Assembly (NCBI GenBank): GCA_964035575.1 | Contig: OZ037840.1 | Location: 868,001 to 932,000, forward strand | Length of the DNA stretch: 64,000 bases | Source: Rhynchopus sp. YZ270_cl-10 | Taxonomy: Eukaryota | Direction of reading: 5' to 3' | In this document: piece after piece, positions 37,379 to 48,562 of the stretch | How positions within the stretch are numbered: the stretch's first letter is position 1 | How the letters are laid out: every line of letters starts with the position of its first letter | Made by a program: the position numbers and the translations under genes | Notes under the pieces: generated by a model | The model's input: only the letters and a program-made list of their open reading frames with translations | What the model was told of the DNA's origin: nothing | Databases searched by the model: none

Positions 37379-39514
37379 ATGTACCAGAGTATGCTGCGCT
37401 GTTTGGAGCCAGCACTGACGCTTGATGGGCAGACGTCTGCGAACGAGCGGAAGAAGCGGACGCTGTTTTTGCAGATGTGCAGTGTTGGGGTGTTTTTGGT
37501 TCTCTGGTTCTTGGCGGCGTCCGCTCCGGTACTGCATGCGCGTATACTGACCTCGGTGGCCTGTATCATCAGTGTCTTCATCTTCACTATATCCATCTCG
37601 CTGGTACTTCTGAAGTACAGACTTAGTGACGTCTTCGTCGTTGCCATGGTGTACGGGGCGAGCCTATGCATACTGTGCTGGGACCTCAACTCGAGGACAA
37701 AGAGCAGCTCGTCCTGGCCGTTGCTTGTCATCTGTGTGGACTGCCTTCTTATCATGGAGCTGCCTGCACGCTACAGTGTTGGTCTCGTGGTTTTCACGTG
37801 CCTGTGGCTGCTGCTTACGGCGGTGGAGGAAAGCCTCAGGTTTGGCCTGTTTGAACTTCCGGGGCTTACACCACAAGAGGGCGCTTACAGTCGCAGAGAG
37901 TTTGCTCGAGAAATGGTTGAGTGTGCAACGCTGCCGTGCCCCGTGCGATTTCCCCCATCTCCCATGTTCATGTCCTTGTCAGTGTTCATCATAGACTTCC
38001 TCGCAACACGAAGCTTCGCCTCGCAGGTGCTGAAGGAGCAGGCAGCAATGGAGAGGACGATCAGTGTGGTGCAGGAGATTGCGAGTCTGCTTGCCAAGTA
38101 CGATGTGGAGGGTGTGGCGGAGATGCTGAAGGTGCAAAGGGACGAGCTCCCAGAGGAGATGCACGCAACACTGCGGAGGATGGAGGAGAACCTGCGGAAG
38201 TACCGTCCCTACCTCCCCGCAGCGCTGTTTGAGGAGGAGGGTGGTGCGCCAAGCGCGTCTGTGCCGCCACCTGTGCTTGAGAACGACGTGGGAACGATTG
38301 TCTTTACAGACATCCGTTCGTCGACATCGATCTGGGAGTGTGCGCCAGAAGGGATGCGTGCTGGGCTGAAGATCCACAACGCTGTGCTGCGTGAGGTGAT
38401 GCAGGTGTTTGGTGGGTACGAAGTGAAGACAATCGGCGACGCCTTCATGGTTGCCTTCGCATCAACAGCTGACGGTGTGAACTTTGGCCTGCAGGTGCAG
38501 GAGTATCTTCGTGAAGCAAACTGGCCTGCGTCGCTGCTTGAGGAGGCACCGATCTGTGCTGAACAGGGACCACTTTGGGGTGGACTGACTGTGCGCATTG
38601 GTGTCAACAGTGGTCCTGTGACTGTGGAGCAGAACACACTGACGGGACGGACAGACTACTTTGGACACACGGTGAACATTGCTGCACGTCTTGAGAGCAC
38701 ATGCACGCCAGGAGCTGTTGCTGTGCCTTGTGACCTGTGGACTTCTGTCTGTGGGTTGTGCACTGCTGTTGCTGGTGAGGCTGAAGCACTTGACTTGAAG
38801 GGTGTGTCACAGCCAATGCGTGTGCGTTGCTTGTGGCCTGCTTCACTTGCGGGGCGAGCACACAACCCTCTTGCTGATGTGGACATGTCTGCACACTCAG
38901 TGGCCATGTCTGTCGGGGGATGCGGGATGTCAGTGAAGTCACTGGGGTCATCACCACAGGGCTCATTGGGGTCAGAAAATTCTGCCATATTTCGACCACA
39001 ACTGGGTCGTCAGGTGACCGGCACTGTCGGTGTTGTGGACATTGAAGTGGGTGACGAATCTGCCCTGAAAGCACTGCACACAATGAACGCAGGACTTGCA
39101 ACACTCACGATTACCCTGGACCAGAGCGGTGGGAGCCTGGTGACACTGCTTGGGAGCTGTGTGTGCGTTGGGTGGAACGTGACCCGTTCGGCACCTGCAC
39201 ACATGGAGAACGCAGTGCGGTTTGCACAACGGATGATGGCGAAGACTGCGTACTTCAAGGGTGCTGGTGTTGTGAGTGGTCCTGTGCAGCACGGGGACAT
39301 TGGCAGCCACAAACAACGCTTTGTGACAGTGTTGGGGCACATTGTGCGACGGAGCTGGACGCTGTGTGAAGAAGCTGTGCGTGAGGGGGGCACATGCCTT
39401 TACGAACCCGACAGCACAACACTGCCGTCTGCACTTGAAGACACTCTTGTGCAACACAAGGGTGGTGGCTACAGAGTGGTTCAGGAGAGCAGGGACAGAG
39501 TGGAGTGCATTTGA
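37379..39514 (+). CDS. Multi-TM class III adenylate cyclase, copy 4 (divergent TM region)
   Basis: Same catalytic motifs; N-terminal TM segments differ strongly. Confidence 0.92.
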   Translation: MYQSMLRCLEPALTLDGQTSANERKKRTLFLQMCSVGVFLVLWFLAASAPVLHARILTSVACIISVFIFTISISLVLLKYRLSDVFVVAMVYGASLCILCWDLNSRTKSSSSWPLLVICVDCLLIMELPARYSVGLVVFTCLWLLLTAVEESLRFGLFELPGLTPQEGAYSRREFAREMVECATLPCPVRFPPSPMFMSLSVFIIDFLATRSFASQVLKEQAAMERTISVVQEIASLLAKYDVEGVAEMLKVQRDELPEEMHATLRRMEENLRKYRPYLPAALFEEEGGAPSASVPPPVLENDVGTIVFTDIRSSTSIWECAPEGMRAGLKIHNAVLREVMQVFGGYEVKTIGDAFMVAFASTADGVNFGLQVQEYLREANWPASLLEEAPICAEQGPLWGGLTVRIGVNSGPVTVEQNTLTGRTDYFGHTVNIAARLESTCTPGAVAVPCDLWTSVCGLCTAVAGEAEALDLKGVSQPMRVRCLWPASLAGRAHNPLADVDMSAHSVAMSVGGCGMSVKSLGSSPQGSLGSENSAIFRPQLGRQVTGTVGVVDIEVGDESALKALHTMNAGLATLTITLDQSGGSLVTLLGSCVCVGWNVTRSAPAHMENAVRFAQRMMAKTAYFKGAGVVSGPVQHGDIGSHKQRFVTVLGHIVRRSWTLCEEAVREGGTCLYEPDSTTLPSALEDTLVQHKGGGYRVVQESRDRVECI

Positions 39515-39954
39515 TGACAGTTGCAATATATCAGTTTGGTTTTGATTATGTTATTATGAATAATTGCACATTGTTGTATGGGCGAGACACGTACACTGAG
39601 GTGAACGACAGCACTGAACGTAATGTTCTCGCCTCTCGATATTTAACACTTGTTTGACAGGAATCTCTGTCTTGTGTAACACAGGCGCTGTGCTCCTCAC
39701 TTCTGTGTGACACAGACGCATTGTCTTGTATGGTGCACATTGATGATACACTTTTTGAAAAAAAATTACTACTCCTTTAGTTGCGGTCGAACCGGTGTAC
39801 AGGTTTTTACAGTAAGCACACGGCTGGTGTATTTTTTCAATTCAACTTCTTTAACTTTTCTTCTGGTTGTTCGCCGCAGGCTTTTGTTGGTACCTTTCAA
39901 ACCCGCGGTGTTACGTCATCTCTTCCATCTTCCCCCCTCCACCCCCCCCCCCTA

Positions 39955-42461
39955 GGCATACCTAGAAAGCGAATATGATATTCGGCCTATATTCGGATCC
40001 AAAATTCTTGGGCCATATTCGGCCTATATTCGGATCCGAATATCGTATTCGGATCCGAATATAGGCCGAATATGCATATTCGGCCTATATTCGGATCCGA
40101 ATATAGGCCGAATATCATATTCGCCCTATATTCGGATCCGAATACACAGAATCTAGACTGCAGAAAGGGTGTGAGTGAGTTTGGATGGGGGTGGGTGGGG
40201 ACATGAGGTAGCGAAACGCGTGTATTGGGGGGTGGGTGTGGGGGTCTTTTGATGATCGGTGTCTTTGCAAAAACAAGAGAAGTTGAAAGCACAAAAAGCA
40301 CTGTTGATGGAAAAGAGGCAATACAGAAAGTATCAAGGCTGTCCTTACAGACGCATGCCAAAGCGTCCGCCACGTGGGTGTGGACTTAAGATTGAAGTAG
40401 TAGTAGGAGTAGTGCAAACAAAGAGGGGTTTTTTTTTGTTTTTTTTTTTTGTTTGCTCATGAAAAAGCAGCTCGAGATGATACCAGCATTTAGAACACTG
40501 GTATCATCTCGAGCTCCTCGGCGAGAGGCTCACAGTCGGAATCTGACGATTCCGACTGCTCCACCGCCTCGCCGAGGAGCCCCTTCTTGTCCTGAAGCAA
40601 TCCAAGGAGCTTGCCGTTCTTCCGCAGCATCAGCTTCTCAATAAACTTTTCCTTAGATAAATTCGAGGAGCGTTTATTTTTCATTGCACTTAAGGAAGAA
40701 AATAATCCATCAACTGAGGTTACGCTGATCGGGGTTGAAAGCCATCCATGGACGTGTGGCGCTAAATTCGGGAAGCGTAACCCTCCACTGCCTCTTGGAC
40801 TCCAGAACTCGAACAGGTCAACCCTACCACATTTATCGATCCATAATCAGCAACCACGGGAGAATGCGCGATATTAAATTTTTTTCGAGCTGTGTTGATA
40901 GCATCCTTCACATCTCGACCACAGTGGACTTCTCCAGTATCTTTTACGTCCATATGAATGAGGAGGGCTTGGCCTGCAACGAACGCTACAATGCACAATG
41001 TCGAAAAACCCAGGTGTCTCTGTCCTGCAATAAAAATTTTGGGATAGTGGTCATTTGTTTATTAGCATACCCGATCCATCTATCCCGAGAGGGATTGGTT
41101 TCCCTTCAACCAACTTCAGTAGCACACCCTCGATCTCCTTCACGAACTTCGTGGAGCGGCCCAGGACCGTTTTCCCGGTTGGGAAGTCCTCTCCGAAGAG
41201 GGGACGCACTGGCAGCGACATAATGTCGGCTTGGCGTTCTGTGAGTCCGCAGACCAGCACAGCCAATGCCCATGTTGTGACAAACGCCGCCAACCCCATC
41301 ACCGGCGTCAACACCTGCTGCCGCTTCTCCTTCGTGTCACCAACTGGAGCTGCAGCCTTCTTCTTCTTCTTCTTCTCCCTACGCTCATTATTTTTGTGGC
41401 GGTCGCTTTGGACGTGTACCTTGGCGGTACTACTTTCACCGTGTTGCACCACTCCACGGCAATGTACACAAAAAAGAACTGTGTCGTCTCCCTTTCGCCC
41501 TGTTTTCTTCGCTGCTGCCTTTTCCTCGAAGGGGAGCTCATCAACCTCCATTACCTGAGATTTTTTTGTTATTTGTTACATTTTTTTTATTTTTTATTAC
41601 TTTGTATTCACCCTAGTCACTTTAGCGCCGCCGTAGCAGTGTGGCCCCTCATTTTGTTCTATACTGACCGGTTTTTTAATACATTTTTAGCGATACATAC
41701 TTCATAACACTCTGCAATTGATCGGTCGTACTTCTCCAGCGCGGTTAAACGACCCTGCGCGGTTACCGACGATCCCGCCTTCGCCTCCGCCGACACCTCC
41801 TTCAGCTTCTTCCGAGACTCTATGGTCTCTTTGCGCTTCTCCGCCGGGGTCTTCTCTATCGCGCCGCCTTTCTTGGCTGGTGGCTTGCTTGCAGTCTTTG
41901 TAGAAGGCTTATTCGTTGCCTTCTTCGCTGATTTTTTCACTCTTTTCTTTGTTTGTGCCCTGGTGGAAGAGGAATCGCTCGCGTCCGTGTTGCTCGAGAC
42001 AATGGTCGTCTCGTCGACCTTCCTCTTTCTGCTTTTTGGGCCCATTGATGATATTTTTTTTAGCGTTTAAACTGATAAATTCCTGTTGATAGTGTAGGGG
42101 TGCACCGAAAAGAATTCACCGAAGCACGTCATATATTGTGCAAACCTAAACGCGATAATTTTCGGCGAAAATTCATGGAAAGCCCGCGGGGCTTCGAAAT
42201 ACAAAAGTGACTTTCTTTCTTCTTTTTTTTTGGACTTTTTTTTCTCTTTTTTTCCCCTTCCCCCCCATTTTTGGATTTTCCGAGCCAATTGCGGAACGTG
42301 GTGGGGTCTATTTCAAAAATATGATACATTCCTGTTGGTGATACGTGTATTCGGGTCATATTCGGCCTATATTCGCCTATATTCGGATCCGAATATAGGG
42401 CGAATACGCATATTCGGATCCGAATATAGGCCGAATATCATATTCGCTTTCTAGGTATGCC
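39955..42461 (-). mobile_element. TIR element F (GGCATACCTAGAAAGCGAATATG ends) with degraded CGGBP1/hAT-like transposase
   Basis: TIR >40 bp plus TATTCGGATCCGAATA subterminal palindromes; minus-strand fragments LFCVHC...KVHVQSDRH, IPLGIDGS, VVADYGSIN. Confidence 0.75.
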
Positions 42462-44101
42462 TAGGGGGGTCCGTCCGGCCGTTTTTGCTGTCCCAAACCA
42501 CTTTTTTTTGTAAAAACCCGCGAAAAACCCGAAAAACCACCTCAAAACACCCCCAAACCCCCAAAAAATCACCCAAAACCACGAAAAACACACTTTTGAG
42601 CACTATTTCGCACTTTTTTCTGATTTTTTTGGTGTTTTTTTCCGCTTTTTCCGCTTTTTCCCATGGAATTATACCCCCTAATATGCCTATAGAATCCCTG
42701 TACTGCTCACTGAGACAGCATATCGACCAGAGGCTCCTTATTCATCGTACCGGTGTCTTCGTCGTGAAGGGGTGCACAATCTGCCGCAAATTCCTGCAAC
42801 TCTGTCTTTGTCAAGAGATGAAGCACTCTAGTGTTGTACTTTTCAAGTTGCTACTTCTGGGCGCTTTGCATGGACCTGCCTTTGTGGTGCGCTTGGTGTA
42901 TCCTGCGGCAAGTTCTTCCCTTGAGAGATACGGAACCCAACCTAGACTGTAGAGGATGTCTAGGTTTCAGCGACAGTGGGTCGGTGTTGTCGGGGTGCTG
43001 GCTCCTTCCGTGGTGGCTTGCAACTTGGTCAAGGACACCGACAATGGATTCGCACGAATCATTGGTCATAGGAGGAGGCAAGGAAGGCTTTACTGCACTT
43101 AGGCACAGGGTACGTTCTCATTTTCAGGGACCAAAAAGCCCCAGTAAGTGTTGCAAGTGCGATTTTCCACAGCTCGGGAGGTCTGTCAGGCAGTTCGGAG
43201 GGATTTAGACACTTCTGCGACTGCCTGAATACGCCTTTTAGGGTTTTTATTTTGGGTGCGAAATACGTCAAAAGGATGGGGGGAAATACCGTTATTTTAA
43301 GCGTTGCAGACACAAAAACACCCTCAAAAACCCCCCAGGGACCCCAAAAAGCTGCAAAATCCACACATGTCCACCTCGGGACCTCATTGGAGGTGGACCG
43401 AGGTGGTTTTTTGGTGTTTTGAATGAATTGGTATTATTATTTTTTGGTAAATAAGTGGTCTTCTGCTAGGCGTTGCATAGCCGTTGCTTAAGTGTTGCAT
43501 AAGTGTTGCATGGCCTATAAAACCCTCCCAAGTGCCCAAAATGCTATTTTTCACCCTACATGGGGTCTGGGGGACATTTTCCTGGGTGTTTGGACACCAT
43601 TCCGACTACCTTGGCACTTTTTTGGGGGTTTTCAGGTACAAAAAAAGTCAAAAAAGTGACTAAAAAAAGGGTACTTTTAAGCGTTTGGGGCACACACACC
43701 CACTGCAAAATGCATCTGGGGCCCACACAGGACCCCTAAAAGCTGTAAAAACTATATATTTCCACCCTGGGACCCCACCGGATGTGGACTGGGGTGTTTT
43801 TCGGGTGTTTAGAAGGATTTTTGTCTGATTGGAGAATTTTTTTGGTAAGTGTTGCATTTTGGCCCATGTTGATGACGATTTGATGACGCTATTTTTGGAG
43901 ATTTTTCACAAAAAATCGATTTTTTTTAACCAGGAAAGTCTCTGTAGAGGTTGTCAGGTGGTTTAATGGGATATTTTCGTGATCCCCAGGGCGATTTGCG
44001 GCCAGGTACGACCTTTTTAGTGGGTTTCTTCACCTAAATTTCAAAAAAATGGGTTTGGGACAGCAAATCCTTAAGGAATTCCTTCTACGTGGACCCCCCT
44101 A
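42462..44101. mobile_element. TIR element H (TAGGGGGGTCC...GGACCCCCCTA) in a C-run
   Basis: Terminal IR plus subterminal TTTGCTGTCCCAAACC / GGTTTGGGACAGCAAA; C homopolymer on both outer flanks of F+H; possible transposase relic PMTNDSCESIVG on the minus strand. Confidence 0.65.
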
Positions 44102-44260
44102 CCCCCCCCCCCCCCCCTTTTTTCTGATGCGACACACAACAAAACGACTAACCAGAGGGTTTTTTCTTTTGCTCTGCCACCTCTTCCGCCAGCTCCTCCT
44201 CCCTCCCATCACCCCCGCCCCACCAGATAGTCCTTACAAACCTTCAAAAGCACCTCAACA

Positions 44261-46876
44261 ATGCATCGTTCGTTGCTTCTTGCAACCACCTCGCTGCTCT
44301 GCGCAGTGTGCAGCGGGTCGAGTGTCCTGAGTGTTTATACCCCTGATGCCTCTGCCTCTGCCCTCGATGTCCGCGTCTCTGAGAACGGAACCTATGCATA
44401 CCTTCTGACCTCATCTGGTCTGGAGGTCCTGGACGTCTCCGACGCTGCGTCGGTGACGCTCCTTGGTGAGGCGGAGACGAACGGAAGCTTCTCGCGTCTC
44501 GCGATCTCCCTGGAAACGATCTATGCCATTTCATCGACCCACGTCCTTGTTGTCGACGTCAGCGATCCGTCCGCTCCGTCAAACCTCTGCTCCTGGGCGC
44601 ACAACGTCACCGCCAACTCTACCCCCTCCGCAGGAGTGATCGAAAACACCCTTCTGCTTCAGGGCTCAACCATCTGGGGTTTTGATGTGTCCACACCTTG
44701 TGAACCCATCAAAACTGAGGTAAGCCATTCCCTCTGTGGTCTTGGTGTGAAGGCATTCGCGGTGGTGGAAACTCAGGCATACACAGTTGCGGAAACTGGA
44801 GTCGATTTGTTTGAGCTTGCAACGAAGGATGACCTCGACTTTGTGAAAACTACGTACGGAATGCTTCCGGCCACAGCGGAGTATTTGGGGGTCAGTGAAA
44901 TGGGGGCTGGGCGGACCGCCTTTTTTAGCTTCGCTGGATCCGTTCGTGGAATTGCTGCGTACGATGTCAGCAGCCTTGCCGAGCCTTACCTCGTGGAGCA
45001 CCTCCTGCCTACAGTACGTTGCTTTGGCTCTGATGTGCTCGAAAACACTCTGTTTGTTGCAACGACAGAAGGACTTCACCTTGTGGATCTCTCCGACCCA
45101 TGCAGGCCTGTCGTCCAGGACGCCCCATTCCGTGTCTTGCCGCTCTCTCTTGGGAGCAATGATGAATCTCCGGTTGATAAGATGCAGACCCACGGTACCC
45201 ATCTCTTCACTATGTCCGAGACGGAGATTTTCGTGGTGGATGTGGAGGATCTGGGGGCCTACCAGGTGTTTCCGCAAATTTCGTCTTCTGGGGCCTTCCG
45301 GTCGTTCGCAGTGCGTGAGGAGCTGTTGTTCACCGTTGAGGATGAGGGGTTGAGCATTTACAATATGAGTGACCTGGTTCACCCGGTGCTGATGGTGTTC
45401 GTTGCGGATGTGACCGCGGACAGCACAGCCAACGCGACCCTCATCGACATCGCTGTGACCGACTCCACCATTTACCTTCTCACCTCCGAGGACCGTGTCA
45501 TCATCCTTTCCTACACAGACTCCTCCACCACAGTACTCTCCGAGTATTGGTCGCCCATTCCGCTCACTCAGATTGTACTCTCAGAGATGGACTCGATTTT
45601 GTATTTGGTCCCCGAAGGGCAAGATATGGAATCGTTGAATGTCTCTGATGTTGCGTCCCCTATGCTTCTCCCTACTTCACTCATCTGGGCGGAAACCATT
45701 GAGGCAGTGGTTCAAAATGATTTTCTGTATGTCGCTGAAAAGGATGTAATGGAGAGCCGTCTCGCCATTTTCGATCGGTTTGAGGGTTTGGGGAGGGTGA
45801 GTGCTGCGATGGTGATGGGGGTGGTGCGTGGTGTGGCGGCGGTTGGGTGGAGGTGTTACGTTGTGACGGAGGATTCGCTGTTTGTGTTTAATGTGACCAA
45901 CCCGGTTAACCCGGTGCTGATGCAGAAGGTATTGGGTGAGTTTAGCAATGCCACTACCGTTGCGGCAGACTACCGCGGGGTGGCATATGTCGCCACCGAT
46001 TCTGACATTGTCATCATCGCACCCCCTGTTGTCGCAACGTCGTCTCCTCCTACATCATCACCACCTACTGCCGCACCTACGTCACCCCCGACCTCTGTCC
46101 CTCAGACGACTGCACCTTCAACGGAAGCTCCCGCAACAAATGCTCCAGTTGAGACCTCGCAAATCTGGTGTGCGACGGACAAAAGCTGTGCCAGGTTTGG
46201 CGACTCCGCCGCAATTTGCTTCAGCGGAAACTGTCTCTGCAGTGATGGGTTTGGCCCGTCAGGAGGTGCGCGGGTTTGTGTCGCGGATGGAACCAGTGCT
46301 GGAACGGTCTCCGCTCTCTTCTCCTTCACCTTCACCAGCGGGTGTGACGTCTATCAGGTGAGTTTCCTTGCACTATTCATTGAAGCGGTGGCGGCGGCTA
46401 TTGGCATTTCGATGACGACGTCGGCTTCATCGTGCGGGTCGGTGACACTGCGTGGTGTGGTTGATGGGATTACCTTGGAAGCGTTGGCAACCAACAAGGC
46501 GGGTGATGTGTTGGCAGAGCGCTATGTGAGTGACAGCAGGTACGCTGCAATGCGCGACGCCCTCGGCACCCCGGTCGTTTCGACCAACATGCTGGATGAA
46601 TGTGTTGCGGGCAATGGGGTCGAGGTGGCAGCATACACGGCAGATGGGTCGTGTGGAGCTACTGCGTGCAAGGCTGGATTCGTCCTCTCTGGGGGTGTCT
46701 GTGAAGGAGATGCGAGCGACAACGGAGATGACGACTGGCTTCCGATGGTCATCGTCGGTGCGGTGCTTGGAACGTTAGTTTGCATTGCCGCTTTGGTTCT
46801 GTTCGGGGGGATGGAGCCCTCCAGAGGAAACGAAAACGCAAAGGAAAATGAAAACGAGCCTGCCTTCAATGCCTAG
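44261..46876 (+). CDS. Type I membrane protein: signal peptide, LVIVD-repeat beta-propeller region, Pro/Thr linker, Cys-rich modules, C-terminal TM
   Basis: Repeats GLEVLDVSD, VLVVDVSDPSAP, GLHLVDLSDPCRP, GLSIYNMSDLVHP, LFVFNVTNPVNP; TSSPPTAAP linker; TM MVIVGAVLGTLVCIAALVLF. Confidence 0.85.
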   Translation: MHRSLLLATTSLLCAVCSGSSVLSVYTPDASASALDVRVSENGTYAYLLTSSGLEVLDVSDAASVTLLGEAETNGSFSRLAISLETIYAISSTHVLVVDVSDPSAPSNLCSWAHNVTANSTPSAGVIENTLLLQGSTIWGFDVSTPCEPIKTEVSHSLCGLGVKAFAVVETQAYTVAETGVDLFELATKDDLDFVKTTYGMLPATAEYLGVSEMGAGRTAFFSFAGSVRGIAAYDVSSLAEPYLVEHLLPTVRCFGSDVLENTLFVATTEGLHLVDLSDPCRPVVQDAPFRVLPLSLGSNDESPVDKMQTHGTHLFTMSETEIFVVDVEDLGAYQVFPQISSSGAFRSFAVREELLFTVEDEGLSIYNMSDLVHPVLMVFVADVTADSTANATLIDIAVTDSTIYLLTSEDRVIILSYTDSSTTVLSEYWSPIPLTQIVLSEMDSILYLVPEGQDMESLNVSDVASPMLLPTSLIWAETIEAVVQNDFLYVAEKDVMESRLAIFDRFEGLGRVSAAMVMGVVRGVAAVGWRCYVVTEDSLFVFNVTNPVNPVLMQKVLGEFSNATTVAADYRGVAYVATDSDIVIIAPPVVATSSPPTSSPPTAAPTSPPTSVPQTTAPSTEAPATNAPVETSQIWCATDKSCARFGDSAAICFSGNCLCSDGFGPSGGARVCVADGTSAGTVSALFSFTFTSGCDVYQVSFLALFIEAVAAAIGISMTTSASSCGSVTLRGVVDGITLEALATNKAGDVLAERYVSDSRYAAMRDALGTPVVSTNMLDECVAGNGVEVAAYTADGSCGATACKAGFVLSGGVCEGDASDNGDDDWLPMVIVGAVLGTLVCIAALVLFGGMEPSRGNENAKENENEPAFNA

Positions 46877-48562
46877 GTTGAGTGAAGGCTGAGGAGACCC
46901 TTAGCCCAGTTCATTAGCCATTAGGAAGACCTTTTTTTTGTGCAGAGATGCAAAACAAAAGAAAAGGAAAAAAAATATGGAAATGTGACCCCCCCCCAAA
47001 ATATCAGACTCAAAAAAAAAAAAAAACTGCATAAAAAAAAACTCCCCCCATTTAAATCCCTGAATATTCCTATCTCAACCCCTAAAATTATTTAGCATTC
47101 CATATAGGGTTTTTTGAAGTGCCTGCATTCATCCGGTGTCCGGGGGAGAGGTGTTTGTACTTTCAAAAAAGAAAAAGTTATTTGTTTTTCTCGGGAGAAA
47201 AGTCGTTTTCAGTCATGAGTGTTTTCTATGCACGCACAGAAAGCAGGAGTGACGGAAAACTGCTTTTCTCGAGGGGAAAAACAGAGTTTTGTTACTTTTT
47301 TTTTCCAGAGTTTGAGGCACCACGCTTTTGTGTAAGGTGACTAAGCACGAGAGACAAAAAATGATCCAAAAAATACAACAAAAAAGATTGTGGTGTCCCG
47401 CGACCAGCCCACAATAGCCCCCCCCTGGGCCCACCTGTGCCCACCTGAGCCCAATTCCACCCGATTTCGCCCGGATTTCACGGGGCTGGGGACACCCCAA
47501 AAGATTGATGAATAACCTATGTTCAAAACATTAAGCAATCTAATCAGACTAAGCACGAGAGGCTTAGGATCATCTTATAAAGCTTTCTATGTTTTGGATG
47601 TTCTCCTTCACGCTCCTCGGGCATCACCATCCGATTCGGACAGCTTTCCACTGTACACTACCATGGGGATCTTCATGGTGTCAAGGCTGATGCAAGGTAC
47701 ACTGTACACTGTACCCCAAAAAAAAATCGACCGAATAACTAGAAAACAAAGAAGTCTGGGTCTTAACAGAAAACAGCGTACCCGGAAAATAAGGACTTTG
47801 TCGTGGAGAAACTCTGGAAAAAGGTAACATTTGGTTTTTTTTTTTCTTTTGAGAAAATGAGACGGATTGTGTGTGTGTGTGTCCCAGAGGCCCTGCCGCT
47901 TTTCGTTCCTTATTTTCTTTCCTTTTTTTATTTTATTTTTTTTGGGAACATTTTTTGTTGGTCCCCATTCCTATGCTCTCAATTTATTGAATGCATACGT
48001 TGAAATACTTTTTTTTTTTTGACAAATTGTTGGAGTAGTGTAGTTGCCTCGGTTTGTGTTGTCACAGTTGTGCAAACTTTCCAAAAAAGTTCACTCACTT
48101 TTTCTTCAAAGAAAAAAAAAATGTTCATTATTTTTTGGTGACTAAGCAGCAAGGCTTAGGGTCATCTTACCAGCTTTTTTTTTTCTTTTTTTTTTTTTTC
48201 TTCGCTTTCTTTCTCTCCCGTTCTTTCTCTCTTCCCCACGATCTATACCTTTCCCCACTTCCCACTCCACTCACAAAAAAAATGCCCTCATATTATTTGA
48301 TGTAGCTAAGCACAGGTGTGCTGACGTTCATCTTACAAGCTTTTTTTTTTTGATCACAGCATGGCTCAGGACTTAGGTAGCGTACCTATTACACCCAACC
48401 CTTCATAAGTTAAGGCAAGACGTCTTCTTTCAATTTTTGTTTGAATACCGTAAAAATATTTATTCTGGGCCGGAACAAAACTGGAACACCCCCAAAAATC
48501 GTCGATTGTTCCAGTTTTGTTCCGCACCAGCATTGTTTTGGGGGGGGGGGGGGGGGGGGGGG

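Noticed and set aside
39970..40145. Palindromic repeats that look CRISPR-like (also 50160-50360 and 60170-60280)
   Set aside because: No unique spacers or cas genes; they are subterminal repeats of TIR elements in eukaryotic DNA
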